DNA of 57,222 nucleotides from a virus (Duplodnaviria; Caudoviricetes): IMG/VR virus record IMGVR_UViG_3300037307_000076, positions 1 to 57,222 of that record; one strand, 5' to 3'. Shown piece by piece: positions 10,242 to 21,635 of this stretch (position 1 is its first letter; each line of letters starts with the position of its first letter). The notes under the pieces were generated by a model. It saw only the letters and a program-made list of their open reading frames with translations, ran no database searches and was not told where the DNA came from. The position numbers and the translations under genes were made by a program.

Positions 10242-10660
10242 AAAGTTTTTTACCTTTTGTGAGTGATGGGATTCTACCATCATCAGGATGAAGTCTGAAG
10301 TTTGTGGTACCATTATTATACCAAGACCTGCCTTTACGGGCATTACCAATTTTTCTTTTGGTTTCTTCAGAATGACACCTTCCCTTAGCAGGCAGATTTA
10401 CGATAAAGTTATAAGTTCCGTTTTTAATTTTCCTCTTTGATCTTTCTCGTTGAGACTCGCCGCCAAACCAATTGTATGTATCATTTATAACACAATTTCT
10501 CACATTATCTCCACCAAGGAAGACATGACTACCATTCGATATTCTTTATTTCGGTGGCATACCTTAATCCCTCGTTCTCCGTAGTTTTTCCAATTAAGGT
10601 TATTTGGATTGCAGTATCTTTGTCTCATAGCGTTCCATGTGTCATACACTTTCTGCCTAA
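10186..10660 (-). pseudogene. Degenerate HNH/NUMOD3 homing endonuclease
   Basis: YDTWNAMRQRYCNPNN..NYGERGIKVC fragment, then GRCHSEETKRKIG NUMOD3 and WYNNG; frames broken. Confidence 0.65.
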
Positions 10661-10663
10661 GCA

Positions 10664-10846
10664 TTATGATCTTCTCGAATAGTTCATCTTCTGTTTAAGT
10701 TCTAGCTCAAAGTAATCCTCATCTTCAGCTAGGTCTTGGATGTTGCGGAGATCAATCTGTTTAACATAGTTACGGAACTTTTGGGTATGTCTACCCTTTT
10801 CGTCCAGTTTGGTGCGGCGCGGCAAATCATCTTCAGTGTGGGTCAT
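10664..10846 (-). CDS. Hypothetical protein
   Basis: 60-aa ORF with GAGGA RBS. Confidence 0.45.
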   Translation of the reverse strand: MTHTEDDLPRRTKLDEKGRHTQKFRNYVKQIDLRNIQDLAEDEDYFELELKQKMNYSRRS

Positions 10847-10853
10847 ATCTTCC

Positions 10854-11894
10854 TCAGCGAAATTTTAACTTGGATTGGTGTGCAAGTTCGAGAGTTGCAG
10901 CAAGTCCTGCAAACGATCTCGATTTGTAGTATGAAATCAGTTCAGTAGGAGTCATTCTGTCATTAGTAATCACCTCATTTGCATCTTTCCCATAAAATTG
11001 TTTATCATAGATTACAACGCTGAAACCTTGTTGGACTCGTGATTTGACCTGCTTGAGGATCTGAGGATTCTTAAATATCTCGTTATCGTAAACGAAACAT
11101 ACGTCTTTTTCATTATTTATATGATCTCTGATGTAACTTAGCGAGCCAGCGCCTACGCTTCCGCCAATTGCTAATGAGTTAGGTACGCACATAGCATCGA
11201 TGGGTCCTTCAAATACGAACACAGGCTGCTGCCAATCGACAAACTCCAATCCCCACAAGCTAGGCTGATTCGGGTTTACTTCAAAAACATAATAGCGGAA
11301 AACCGCATCTTTGTTAATAGCTCGACAACAGATGTGACTATACTCACGCTCTTTATTGTAAAACGGAATGACGAGGACTGATTCTGGATCAAGGTTGAGA
11401 CTTTGATACTTGTCAATCTGCTTTGTGATATTTAGCACGTTCGTACTAGAATGAAGACTGGTGTAAAATTTTTCCGGTATCCTTCTTTTCTTAGCGTACT
11501 CAAGAACAGCATCATCGACACAGTCGCTTAACATCGGTCCAAGATTGAGAGGGCGTGGTTTGAACTTCGTCTTAGTGAATACGAATGCGGGCTTGACTGG
11601 AGCGTATTTCTGACCCTTCTCTCGCAAGCATTCTAAACGGTACTCACCAAAAAGACGAGGCGACTTTTCTTGTAGGAAGTTACCTAAAGAGAAGTAGGCT
11701 CCACAGTTATGGCAATATGAGATAATCTTGTTGTTTTTTTCGAGTAGGTAACCTCTAGTCTTTCGTTTCCTTTTGCTGCTATCACCGCACACGAAGCACC
11801 TGTAGTTGGCGATGTATGGATGATTTGATATGACTCTAAAGTTCTCTAACTCGCTGCCAACAAGATTTGCGTACTTCAAATCTATCCACAGCAT
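10854..11894 (-). CDS. 61: DNA primase gp61
   Basis: NYRCFVCGDS..KTRGY, CHNCG, VFEGPIDAM, YDNE. Confidence 0.95.
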   Translation of the reverse strand: MLWIDLKYANLVGSELENFRVISNHPYIANYRCFVCGDSSKRKRKTRGYLLEKNNKIISYCHNCGAYFSLGNFLQEKSPRLFGEYRLECLREKGQKYAPVKPAFVFTKTKFKPRPLNLGPMLSDCVDDAVLEYAKKRRIPEKFYTSLHSSTNVLNITKQIDKYQSLNLDPESVLVIPFYNKEREYSHICCRAINKDAVFRYYVFEVNPNQPSLWGLEFVDWQQPVFVFEGPIDAMCVPNSLAIGGSVGAGSLSYIRDHINNEKDVCFVYDNEIFKNPQILKQVKSRVQQGFSVVIYDKQFYGKDANEVITNDRMTPTELISYYKSRSFAGLAATLELAHQSKLKFR

Positions 11895-11916
11895 GATGGT
11901 GTCCTCAATTTTGTAT

Positions 11917-11945
11917 AGTATAACATGGACAGAAAGCGTTGTCAA
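11917..11945 (-). promoter_or_regulatory. sigma70-type promoter
   Basis: TTGACA-17-TATACT upstream of primase. Confidence 0.75.
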
Positions 11946-11953
11946 GTTCTCGG

Positions 11954-11961
11954 TATAAATA
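11954..11961 (+). promoter_or_regulatory. T4-type late promoter
   Basis: TATAAATA upstream of the plus-strand cassette; gp55 and gp33 are encoded in the window. Confidence 0.75.
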
Positions 11962-11992
11962 AAGTTATCATATAACTAATGAGGAGAGCATC

Positions 11993-12313
11993 ATGTCTAA
12001 CCAATCCCCGCCCAATTGGGCACCAAATGCCATTCCTACTGTACATGGCTGGGTTGATCCGAAAACTGGAGAGCTATTGGTCTCCAAAAAAGGTCTAACC
12101 AATACGGTTTCTGGTTATGGTAAGAATAGGCGTCCACTATCTCAACCTATTAAAGAACCATTATCGAACAATGCAGTAACCTTAGAAATTGAAACACCCG
12201 ATACTTTGGTCGAAAACATGTTTGTCGAACTTGAAATAGAATCAGTAACACAAGAAGTAACTGAACCAGAAATAAAGAGGCGTCGTTCAGGTGGACTAAA
12301 GAAAAAGGTATAA
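11993..12313 (+). CDS. Hypothetical late protein
   Basis: GAGGAG RBS; PNAIPTVHGWVDPKTGELLVS motif seen in T4-like phages. Confidence 0.65.
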   Translation: MSNQSPPNWAPNAIPTVHGWVDPKTGELLVSKKGLTNTVSGYGKNRRPLSQPIKEPLSNNAVTLEIETPDTLVENMFVELEIESVTQEVTEPEIKRRRSGGLKKKV

Positions 12314-12318
12314 CGTTA

Positions 12319-12727
12319 ATGGGCATTGATCGTGATTATATTTTGAGATTGGCAGCCGAAGATTATAAGAAAGACTTGAGTGTCTTTAATAACCAAATGC
12401 TCAAGAAAGATGTGTATACTTTTTTTGTAGTCCGTAAGATGGTTAAACGATTTTTGGTTGCGGGTGTGATAAATGATAAGCTTATTCTCAATAACATCAT
12501 TGTTTGTCTCAATGTATTTGGAATCAAGAAAACAAACACGATCTTCCGAATCATTTGCGATGATCAAGAGTTCAGTGTTATTAAATCGTGCCTTATTTAC
12601 TTGAATTCATTCACTCTTACGAACGACACTTTAAAGCCCAATCACGTTATGCGTGACATTTTGAAAGACATCACTCATAGATATCACATCAATCCAAAAG
12701 GTGATTCAACGATTACGCGGAGAATAA
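12319..12727 (+). CDS. Conserved T4-like hypothetical protein (stops via +1 at CGG 12718, otherwise fuses to holin)
   Basis: LILNNIIVCLNVFG motif; ACG (C)GGA GAA TAA ends it just before the next ATG. Confidence 0.65.
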
Positions 12728-12732
12728 TAACA

Positions 12733-13056
12733 ATGAAAAATATCATCATTCAATACATTCTAAAACGACTAACTGAAGCCAGCACGCTTAAGGGAATCAT
12801 ACTCTCAGTGTCAGGTGCATGTGGAATTGTCTTATCACAAGATCAAACCAATAGCGCAGTATGGATTGTGCTAGGTATTGTAGGTATTATCGGTTCATTG
12901 TTGCCTGATAACTTTAACAAAAGCATAAAGGAAAACGTGCCCGATACAACTGAAATGACTACTGAGTCTAAGTCTGAGTACCCATCGATTGTACCTTTAC
13001 CACTATACAAGAAAGAGCAGCCAACAACAGAATCTGGATGGGGAGATAAATCATGA
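12733..13056 (+). CDS. Putative holin
   Basis: GGAGA RBS; YILKRLTEASTLKGI plus two hydrophobic segments; directly upstream of the lysin. Confidence 0.6.
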   Translation: MKNIIIQYILKRLTEASTLKGIILSVSGACGIVLSQDQTNSAVWIVLGIVGIIGSLLPDNFNKSIKENVPDTTEMTTESKSEYPSIVPLPLYKKEQPTTESGWGDKS

Positions 13057-13739
13057 CTTGGAAACTAGGTAATACATCAAGAAAGTATGAGGTTGGTAAA
13101 GGTGGACCAGAAACAGTCTCTACGGGCAGGGGCGATTACGGTGGAGTCTCCTATGGCACTTACCAGTTGTCATCTAAAATGGGCACTGCTGCCAAATTCG
13201 TAGAAGTAATGGGATACAAGTCTTACTTCGCTGGCACTAAACCTGGAACAGCAGCGTTCTCAGATTTGTGGATCAAGAAAGCCAAAACGGATTCAAAGTT
13301 TGGAGATGCTCAGCATGAGTTTATCCGTAGATCGCATTATGTTCCACAAATCAAATTTTTGCAACAGAAAGGCATTGACCTATCGAAGAAAGGTCCTGCT
13401 GTTCAAGATGCCGTGTGGAGTACGTCTGTCCAATTCGGTGGTGGTACAACACTCATCTTAAGAGCTCTAGCGAACAAGCATCCGATTGAGTCCTTCGATG
13501 ATGTTGCTATTGTTTCTGCTATCCAAGATTACAAGATTGCGAATAACAATGCGCTATTCAAGTCTTCTAGCCCTGAGGTAAAGGCATCTACTCTAAACAG
13601 AGCAAAGTGCGAGAAAGCGGATCTTATCAAGCTTGCAAAGCAATCAGTACCCGTAGAGTCAACACCCGAAGAGAGTGACCCTGTAATCTCAGCGATAGGA
13701 TCGTTCTTTGACTCTATCGCTGAGATAGGTAACTCTTAA
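13053..13739 (+). CDS. Endolysin-like peptidoglycan hydrolase (VgrG3 C-terminal-like lysozyme fold)
   Basis: SRKYE..G..STGRGDYGGVSYGTYQL, AQHEFI, VQDAVWSTSVQFG. Confidence 0.75.
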   Translation: MTWKLGNTSRKYEVGKGGPETVSTGRGDYGGVSYGTYQLSSKMGTAAKFVEVMGYKSYFAGTKPGTAAFSDLWIKKAKTDSKFGDAQHEFIRRSHYVPQIKFLQQKGIDLSKKGPAVQDAVWSTSVQFGGGTTLILRALANKHPIESFDDVAIVSAIQDYKIANNNALFKSSSPEVKASTLNRAKCEKADLIKLAKQSVPVESTPEESDPVISAIGSFFDSIAEIGNS

Positions 13740-16700
13740 CCGAAACTGAAAGCAATCAGCATATCCGTGAGTCTTCTGATACTAGACTCAGAATTTCTGA
13801 TTTCAAGCGGTGCTTCATCACCTTTCATCATCGTAGATCCTCTCTCTGGCGATACTTTCGAAGCATTACTCGTTGGAGATGCTACTGATTGAGCTGGAGG
13901 TGTCATTGCATCGCGTTCGTTTTGTTTGTCTGCAAAACCAGCGGATTCCAAAGGACCGCTGGTTTCTTGCGACTGAGGAGAGAGGGATCCGCTTAGCATA
14001 TTAGACGCTGTTCCGCCTAGAGCACGAAGAGCACCGCCAGCCACTCCACCTAAACCACCCGCTGCTCCTAATGCGTTAGGACGGCCTGTTCCTTTCAGTG
14101 CATCACCTGTGACAGAGTTAAATTGACGAGCAAACTCACCACCGCCAGAAGCCGACTGATTGAATACATATTGCAGTCCTGGGAATGATTTAAGACTAGG
14201 AGCCGTCTTAGACAAGACACCTGACAAGTCGCCACTCATCATAGGACCAAAAGCACCATTTGTTCTGAGCTGGTCTACAATACTGATTCCAGTGCCTACA
14301 GGATCAGGTAGTGTGCTTACTCCAAGTCTAGCGGCTGTAGATTCTAGGTTATTGAGTAAATTTGCACCGCCCGCTTGAAGTGTGTCTATAGTGGCTTGAA
14401 CATTAGGTTGTCCTAAGAGCTGATAGTTCTGCTGGGTTCTTGCGGGTGCAGTGCTGAGCTCTGGTGGTAAAGGCATTGTACTAGGAATCTTAGCCGGAGG
14501 AGGAACTGACCCCGTGAAAGTCTCTTTAGCGTAAAGTCCTCTCAAGTCTTCTTGTGAGCTAGAGTTCTGTCTTCTAGCAGCAGCAGGACCCGTAGTCCTC
14601 TGTCTTTCACCAGGAGTTTGACGTGGATTATTTTTATACTTCTCTGGGATGGCATTCTGCTGATTTAGGAACCAAGCCATTTGTTCACCTGCCACCGGCA
14701 ATGCGTCAGCAGGTATACCCAGCATCTCTGAAACCTTCTTGCGATTCTCTGATGCGGCTGCTGAAGCGGGTACCGGTGTTATCTGAGCAGGTGAGACTGC
14801 TGGTTTGCTTGTAGGAGCGGGTGGTGCTACTGCCACACTTGCTGCTGCCAATGCGGGTGCCGGTGGTGTCGTTGGAGCAGGAGCGACTTGTGGTGCCGTT
14901 TCAGGAGTACCCGCTGGTATAGAAGGAGATGTATCACCTTTATAGGCATTTAGAGATTCTTCTAATTTTTTACCCCCCATTATACTCGTGATTTTCTTAG
15001 CATAGTCTGGATCAGTCGCAAAGCCTGCTTTCTGAAGAGCTTGTGCATATTCTTCAGGAGTTTTAGCTTTAAATACACCTGCTTCCGTATATCTAGGATT
15101 GTTTATTAAAAAATCAACGTAACCTGCAATACCTTTTTCTGGTGTACTATAGCCTGCATATACATCGTTTGATTTTTCTGCTTTATCATAGGCACGTTTT
15201 CCTTCGACATCCCCCTTTATCTTACTGGTTTCTTTGATGTTAAAGAAGTTATTCTGACCCACCTGTTTCGATCCAGCGTCCCAACCTGTTTCCTGTACCA
15301 ATTGAGCTGCGGCACCTTTTGCGAATACGGCGGATTGTTCTGGAGAATAGCCTCTTTTAATAAACTCATTCTTTACGCTTTCTTGCGCCCATCCCAAAAA
15401 TGCTTTTCCTTTTGGTGGATTAGCGACGGCTCCAGTCACTGCGGCAGTACCAGGTACTCCCTGAGCAGCAAGCATTCCTGATACTCCCGTTGCTACTCCT
15501 TGTGCTGTTTGAGCAAGCGTAGGAGCGGCTGAAGATTGTCCTGTCGGTGGCTGAGTTCCTGCGGCAAGCGATGCGTTTCTTTGTGCAATCAGTTTAGCAG
15601 CTAGACCTTTACGATCCTGTCCTTTGGTGATATCGCTCTCCCAGTGCCATGATTCGTGAGCCAATGGACGATGCAAGCCTTGTTTTTCCATAGCAGCAAC
15701 CAGTTTAGGATTATTATCCCAGAACTTCTTAGCATCCCCATCCATACTGAAGTCAGCTGCATTGCCTGTCGTGTGGATACTGGTCTTAGCAACCCACTTG
15801 CTTGCCGCTTCTTCACTACCATACTTTTTAACAGCCGCCGCTCTGAGTTGATCTTGCTTTTCTTGTGATCTAAATCCCGATGTTAATGGTAAAGCGATTC
15901 CCGCTTCAGCGGATGCCGCCTTAAGTTTATCAACAAAGACGGGGTCCATGCCTTTGAGCTTACTCAAATCACCCTTGAAGTATTTTGAATCTTCAGGTGT
16001 TGGAGTATATGACCCCGCAACCGTTCGTTGTCCTGGTGCTGTAGGTGCAATATTACCTGCGGGTGCCGTTGGTGCCGCGACACCCGGAGATTGAACAGCT
16101 CCAGTGGCTAGTGGTTGAGTAGTCGTGTTCTGCGGTGCGGGTGCGGGTGGTATTGCTCTGTCTTGTGCAATCGCTTCTTTCTGTGCCTGCGCTTGTGCAC
16201 CACTGTACTCTGCTGGGTTCTGTCTTCTAGGTGCAGCGGGTCCAGTTGTCCTTGCACCAGTCTTAAGTGGAGGATTGTTTCTATACTTCTCTGGAATTGC
16301 GTTCTGTTGATTTACTGCCCACGCTATTCCCTCGCCTGCTGCTGGAAGCATATCAGCAGGAATACCGAGTAACTCTGATGCAGTCTTGCGTCTTTCTACC
16401 GTTTGCTGGCTCACATCCGCTGGTTGTGGAGCAGTCGCTGGAGCAGTTGCTGGGGCAGCAGTCGCTGGAGCAGCAGTCGCTGGAGCAGTTGCTGGAGCAG
16501 TTGCTGGAGCAGCAGTGACTGGGACAGGTGTCACTGTAGCAGCAGTTGCTGGAGAAGCAGGAGCGCCAGCAGGTGCTGTGGGTGCTGCAGGTGCTGCGGG
16601 TGCCTTAAAGCCAGGAGTGTTAGCTGCGGCTTGGTCTAAAGAGGTTATAAGTGGCTTACCTTTGTCATCTGTGAGCATAACCGGAATGGGCTTGCCATCA

Positions 16701-18314
16701 GGTTGCAGTATGCTCACAGAAGTGGGCAAATTAGGCTTGAGTGCTTCTTCAGTTTCAGCTCTCTGTATTTTGTCCGCAGTTTCTTTCGCCTCTCCGAGGG
16801 GCTAAAACAGGCACAGGCTTTCCTGTTGTATCCACTACGACTGGTGGGACACTTGGTGCAGTGGGAGCGACTGTTTTCTTCTCTACTTCTTGTTTTGCTT
16901 TATCTTCAGCAGCTTTTTTCTCTACTTCTTGTTTTGCTTTATCTTCAGCAGCTTTTTTCTCTACTTCTTGTTTTGCTTTATCTTCAGCAGCCTTTTTCTC
17001 TACTTCTTGTTTTGCTTTATCTTCAGCAGCTTTTTTTTCTGCTTCTAAACGGATCTTCTTCTTCTCTTCGATCTCTTTCTCAACTTTTGCTTGAACTTCT
17101 TTGGCTTTCTTCTCTCTGTCCGCGTTAGTCTCTCCACCAAGCAACCCAACGATTCCATCGACGATAGAGTCAGTGATATCTGAAGGGACTATACTATTGA
17201 ACGCTTCTGATACAGGATTGCTAGCATCCCTTCCCGTTAGCCCGTTATAAATGGCTTTTCCACCTGTTGTTATTCCACCCAATATTGCACCTGTGGCTCC
17301 ACTCAAAACATCGCCTACTCCACCCAGACGTTTCATGATGTGCAATCCGCCTACATCGTCTTCAGTATCTTGTGGGTTAATGATATTCATAAACCCACTG
17401 CCCATCTTCTTAGCTTGTTTGATAGGATCAATAGCACCTGTCTCTAGTAGTTCATCCTTGTTCTCATAGAGAGACATTCCAATAGCAAGTGGTACAGCGA
17501 GCTTACTTATAACTTTCCCACCTGTTCCTAAAACTCCAGATAAGCGATTACCCTGAACACCCGGTGGTGTACCTGGAACGGGTTTTGGCGCACCACGAGC
17601 AATTTCTGCAACGTCAACACCCGTATCAGCCACATCAATCACATCTTGCGCGGGCTCGGGAAGAAGTTGGCTCAATCCGAAAAGACCGGCTAAACCTAGT
17701 AGTCCTTTCTTACCAGTACGCAAACTGGTTCTAGCGGCTTTCCTTACTCTTCCTGGTGGGTGATCTCTATCTCTTTGGCGCTGGCGTCTCTCTCGTAACC
17801 TATCCCTGGCTTTTTCTCTTCGAGTTTTCTTTCTAAGTCCTATACCACCGCCCGTGTCGTCGTTTGAGTCGCCAATATCGACCTTCGACAAGATTTTACT
17901 CAGCAATTCAGTTTGAGTCCTAAGCACACCAAGGATACTCTTGAGAGTTCCATTCATAGACGACAAAGTCCCATTCATAGAACTCAGTAAAGGTATCAGA
18001 GGATTAGATTGAGATTGGCTTCTCTCTATTGCTTTTTCATTGGCTGCATGGGCTGATTGCCTTGCAGTTTCAGAATTATTTGATGGAACCTTCTCTATCT
18101 TTTGCTGTTCCTTACGCTGCTGTTCCATGCGTTGTCGAACTTGTTTTATATCGACAACTTTGCTCTTTGAGATCTTTTCAACCGCCGGTGGGGCTGGCGT
18201 CTCACGCGATACTTCTGGATCATTAGCCGCGGGTTTTCCTCTGAGTGTTTTCCTGATTTCAACTAACGCTCCACTAGGAGCGGCAGGTGCTGCTGAAAGT
18301 ATAGGTAAAGCCAT
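13736..18314 (-). CDS. Baseplate hub/tape-measure-like protein (~1525 aa) with M15 peptidase and GH73 glucosaminidase domains; +1 shift at CGG 16794-16796
   Basis: Follows gp26 and gp51. SGFRS..Q..SIHTTGNAADF..ESWHW (M15); ETGW..NNFFNIK..NPRY..GFATDPDY (GH73). The 519-aa and 997-aa ORFs join by skipping one base at CCT CGG A. Confidence 0.75.
16879..17034. repeat. 4 x 39-bp coding tandem repeat (KAAEDKAKQEVEK)
   Basis: Seen directly. Confidence 0.9.
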
Positions 18315-18325
18315 ATTGCTGCCTC

Positions 18326-18493
18326 TTATCTGACTGCTTGTTTCTTCTTTTCTAGGTAGTCTAGCACAATAGCAACATATATCTTCCTTTCAAAAGGTTG
18401 CATCTCATTTATCTCCGTTAGACTAAAGTTATGTTCCTTGGCAAGCAAAAAATCTGTTCTGTACAAGTCTGCCAGCTCACCTGGGGCAAACAT
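18326..18493 (-). CDS. 51: Baseplate hub assembly catalyst gp51-like
   Basis: MFAPGELADLYRTDFLLAKEHNFSLTEINEMQPFERKIYV (not in ORF track, under 60 aa). Confidence 0.8.
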   Translation of the reverse strand: MFAPGELADLYRTDFLLAKEHNFSLTEINEMQPFERKIYVAIVLDYLEKKKQAVR

Positions 18494-19270
18494 CAATCGA
18501 AAAAATCCTTTAGCCCATTTAGCTCTACAACTGACTTATTCCTGCATTTAGGACAAGTGATGTTGAGGATCAGAGTGACTTTTGGCTGATTGGCAAAGAA
18601 CTCTGATATTTGGTCAATCTTATCGGCTGGGAAACTTTCGATGAATTCTGACAGCTCTTTTAGAGTAAAGTCTGCAATAGGAGTCAAGACTTTGTCTCCG
18701 TCATACACACAGTCTACGCAAGCGAAAATGAACTCATCCGTAATATCGAATAAACCCTTACTTGCCGTTCCAACCGAACGGAACTTAGAGAAGGATGGGC
18801 TCTTTAAACGAATACCTACGGTGTCACTCAATTGGATGATGCACTTCTTGTTATAATCTTCTGGAAACTTTACAAACGATTCCATCAGATTGAACTTTAC
18901 CAGGAAAGTGCCATTGCAAGGCTCTCGAACGACCGATTGTGCGACACCATTTTCATTATGATTTGCCAACTTATCGATGATATGGTTGCACTTGAATTCT
19001 GCTTCTATCTCCTCTCCTAAGCTCTTTGCTCTCAGCATGAGAAAGATATAATCTACAACATACATAGGCAAGTCATCGACTTCGACCTTGTTAAACAAGC
19101 AATCGTCTACGACTGACCTAATGGTATTGACATATCCGTGCGTCGTCCCCAAACTCTTCTGCCTGGAGGATTGCTTTATATTCTTTTACGAGGAATGGGC
19201 GGAACTTAACAACTTCCCCGCTTCCAGGGATGGTTAAATCATATACAACTGTTGGAACTTTAGGCAGCAT
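18493..19270 (-). CDS. 26: Baseplate hub subunit gp26; +1 shift at CGG 19136-19138
   Basis: MLPK..YDLTIPGSGEVVKFRPFLVKEYK joined to DYIFLMLRAKSLGE..CPKC..LNGLKDFFD. Confidence 0.88.
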
Positions 19271-19907
19271 CATTTAACTCCTTAGTGGTAAGTTTCTTTC
19301 TACGTCTCACAATCTTGCCTAGCGGCACGTCTTTGTTTTGGACATTCCCCGTCATAGTCGTTGTTCCCTCTTCGTTCAACCATTCTCTAAATGATAAGAC
19401 AATAAGACTCTCAGATAGCTTGAGTGCTTTCTGGAGATTGTCGAACTCATCCCATATCTCTTTAGGACATAGCTTCTTGAATGTCTCTTGGTCGCCAGAA
19501 CAAATGGCGTTTCTGACCGCCGTCGCGCCCGTAACGGGCTCAGTCTCTTGGAAAGTGACATCGTATTTCTGGTCTTCAGGCAATTTAGCGTTTGTAGAGT
19601 TTATGGCGGTCTTGTAGCCTTCAATTTGATCTGCTCCTGCATAAATCTTGACAACCTCTTTACCTTTCTTCCTGAAGTATCCTAAGATGCCTGGCAAAAA
19701 TCCATTGGGGCTAACGGATACTTCGACACCTGGAGTCACCTTCTTCAGCAGTTTCTCCTGATACTCAACACTTAGAGGATTGTGCGCTTTATCTTCGCCC
19801 TTTACGATGACAACAATAGGGTTAGTCATACTATCTATGATCTTCTTATGTCCTATATGGATAGGCTGCATCCTTCCTAAAAATAACTCTACCTTTTTTG
19901 TTTGCAT
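19260..19907 (-). CDS. Cytidyltransferase/NMNAT-like HIGH nucleotidyltransferase
   Basis: FLGRMQPIHIGH, NPLS, GATAVR. Confidence 0.8.
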   Translation of the reverse strand: MQTKKVELFLGRMQPIHIGHKKIIDSMTNPIVVIVKGEDKAHNPLSVEYQEKLLKKVTPGVEVSVSPNGFLPGILGYFRKKGKEVVKIYAGADQIEGYKTAINSTNAKLPEDQKYDVTFQETEPVTGATAVRNAICSGDQETFKKLCPKEIWDEFDNLQKALKLSESLIVLSFREWLNEEGTTTMTGNVQNKDVPLGKIVRRRKKLTTKELNDAA

Positions 19908-19930
19908 CTCAATCGCCTTCTTTTAAGGGG

Positions 19931-21002
19931 TTAGATAAGTTCTATTGAGTTTATTATCCTGGAGACTTGGTCTTTTGTGAGGATGTTGAGTGTTGCATTA
20001 ATGATTGGCTTACCTATACCACGAATCTGCATTCCTATGGCACTCTTGGCAACCAAACACAATGTACTAGAGGATAACATTCTAGACACATCGGGTTTGA
20101 TTAGAAAACCTTCTTCAAAATCAAATTTAACGATACCATTCTCTAAATCCATTATAACAATATCTATGTTACCTGAACCTAGTAGGTTTACACTTTTCTC
20201 TGAAAGAGATGAGACGATTTGACCACCTCCAAATATAGCTTTAAGCGCAAAGTCTTCAGTGGTGTTGGAGAGTTCTTTATAACAGTCTATAGATAGGCTA
20301 CCATCCGCATCGACATACGCTCTAGCCCTCTTAATGAACGCAAGTAAAACCTTATCTCTAAAGATAGGAGATCCTGGAATCTCAAAAGATTGAGCCATAT
20401 TGGTCGTATCATATAGCCTACCCATAACAATTGGATTGCGTGAAAACGGTTTAGATGGATCAGCGCAAAAAATGATTTCAGCGATACCACCCCTGACCTT
20501 TTTAGGCTCAACTGCAAATCGTATCTCCTTATATTTTTTAGTACCAAGCACAAAGGTTAACCCTGTGAGTGGTGGCAACGGAGACGCAAGTGCCCCTCTC
20601 AATCTATTCGTTTCCTCCAAAATCCTAGTGATCTTTTCGTTTAGAGTGATGATTCGTTGGTCAGTCGTTTTGATAGGTCTTAATACAGACTTTAGTCGTC
20701 CTATCAATCCTAGTGGTGCGATCTTCGTAATTGGGAGCATACCGATGTCGCCCTTAGCCTTCACTTCAACGCATCGCAGAGTGCCCACTGTGAAAAGCTT
20801 TGCGTTGAGAATAGTAACGAGGTCTTTTCTCGATAGGAGTTTACTGGTCTCAACAAGTTCCGTTCTAATCTTCTTCAATAATCGGGTTCCGGTTTTCGAC
20901 TACTCTAAACTTCGATTTATACAACTTTTTGTTGTTTTTAACATACGTCTCGAAGAGTGTCTTCCCATCAGGACCAGAGCTTGCTAATGATTGAACAGCC
21001 AT
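19931..21002 (-). CDS. Hypothetical protein (~356 aa); +1 shift at CGG 20889-20891
   Basis: AAGGA RBS + ATG at 21002 (MAVQSLASSG...VVEN) joins the 315-aa TTG-start ORF by skipping one base at AAC CGG A. Confidence 0.65.
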
Positions 21003-21004
21003 TG

Positions 21005-21554
21005 TTATTTCCTTTGAGCTGAATGAGCCGCTTTATAGTCTTGCGTTGTTATTTTATATGATGCTGTCCCTCCACTATCGGGAAGATGCAACACCACACC
21101 TTCGATCTCTGGTCCTAAGATGTATATGCGTTTCTTTACCACATTATTCACATCTAACGATCAATGTATGATTTTAGCGCATTCACTTATTTTCTACCTT
21201 TATGGGATTCGCTCATACGCATTTAGTCAATTCACTATGAGTGCGACCTTGAAAAGCTGAATTGGGTTTCTGTTACCCAATTTGCTTCATGGATGATATT
21301 CGCAAACGTCTTTTTCCTTTATTTATTCTATTCAACCACCCAGCATTAAGATTATTATCTTTTCGTATACTCGAGTTTCTTCATGACGTGCGGTGCTGTT
21401 AGTGTTACTACTCCATTAGAGAATATAACTTTGGATTATCCTGAATAATAAACTCAACGTTCTCGAATAGTTCACCGCTTTATTCTCAAGTCGTTTTTCG
21501 GACTAAAATCACGATAGTGCTATTTCGTTAAGCCAGTCTCTAAAGCTTAAGCAT
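21005..21554 (-). pseudogene. Degenerate gene remnant
   Basis: Fragments SFRDWLNE and ILGPEIEGVVLHLPD..YKITT with many stops and indels. Confidence 0.45.
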
Positions 21555-21565
21555 TTCTTATTTCC

Positions 21566-21602
21566 ATAAAAAAAGGTGTGTGATCTTTTAGACCACACAC
21601 CT
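21566..21602 (-). terminator. Rho-independent terminator
   Basis: AGGTGTGTG...CACACACCT stem followed by a T run on the minus strand. Confidence 0.75.
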
Positions 21603-21635
21603 CAATCGTTGCTATGAGTGATCCCGTAGCAGTAT

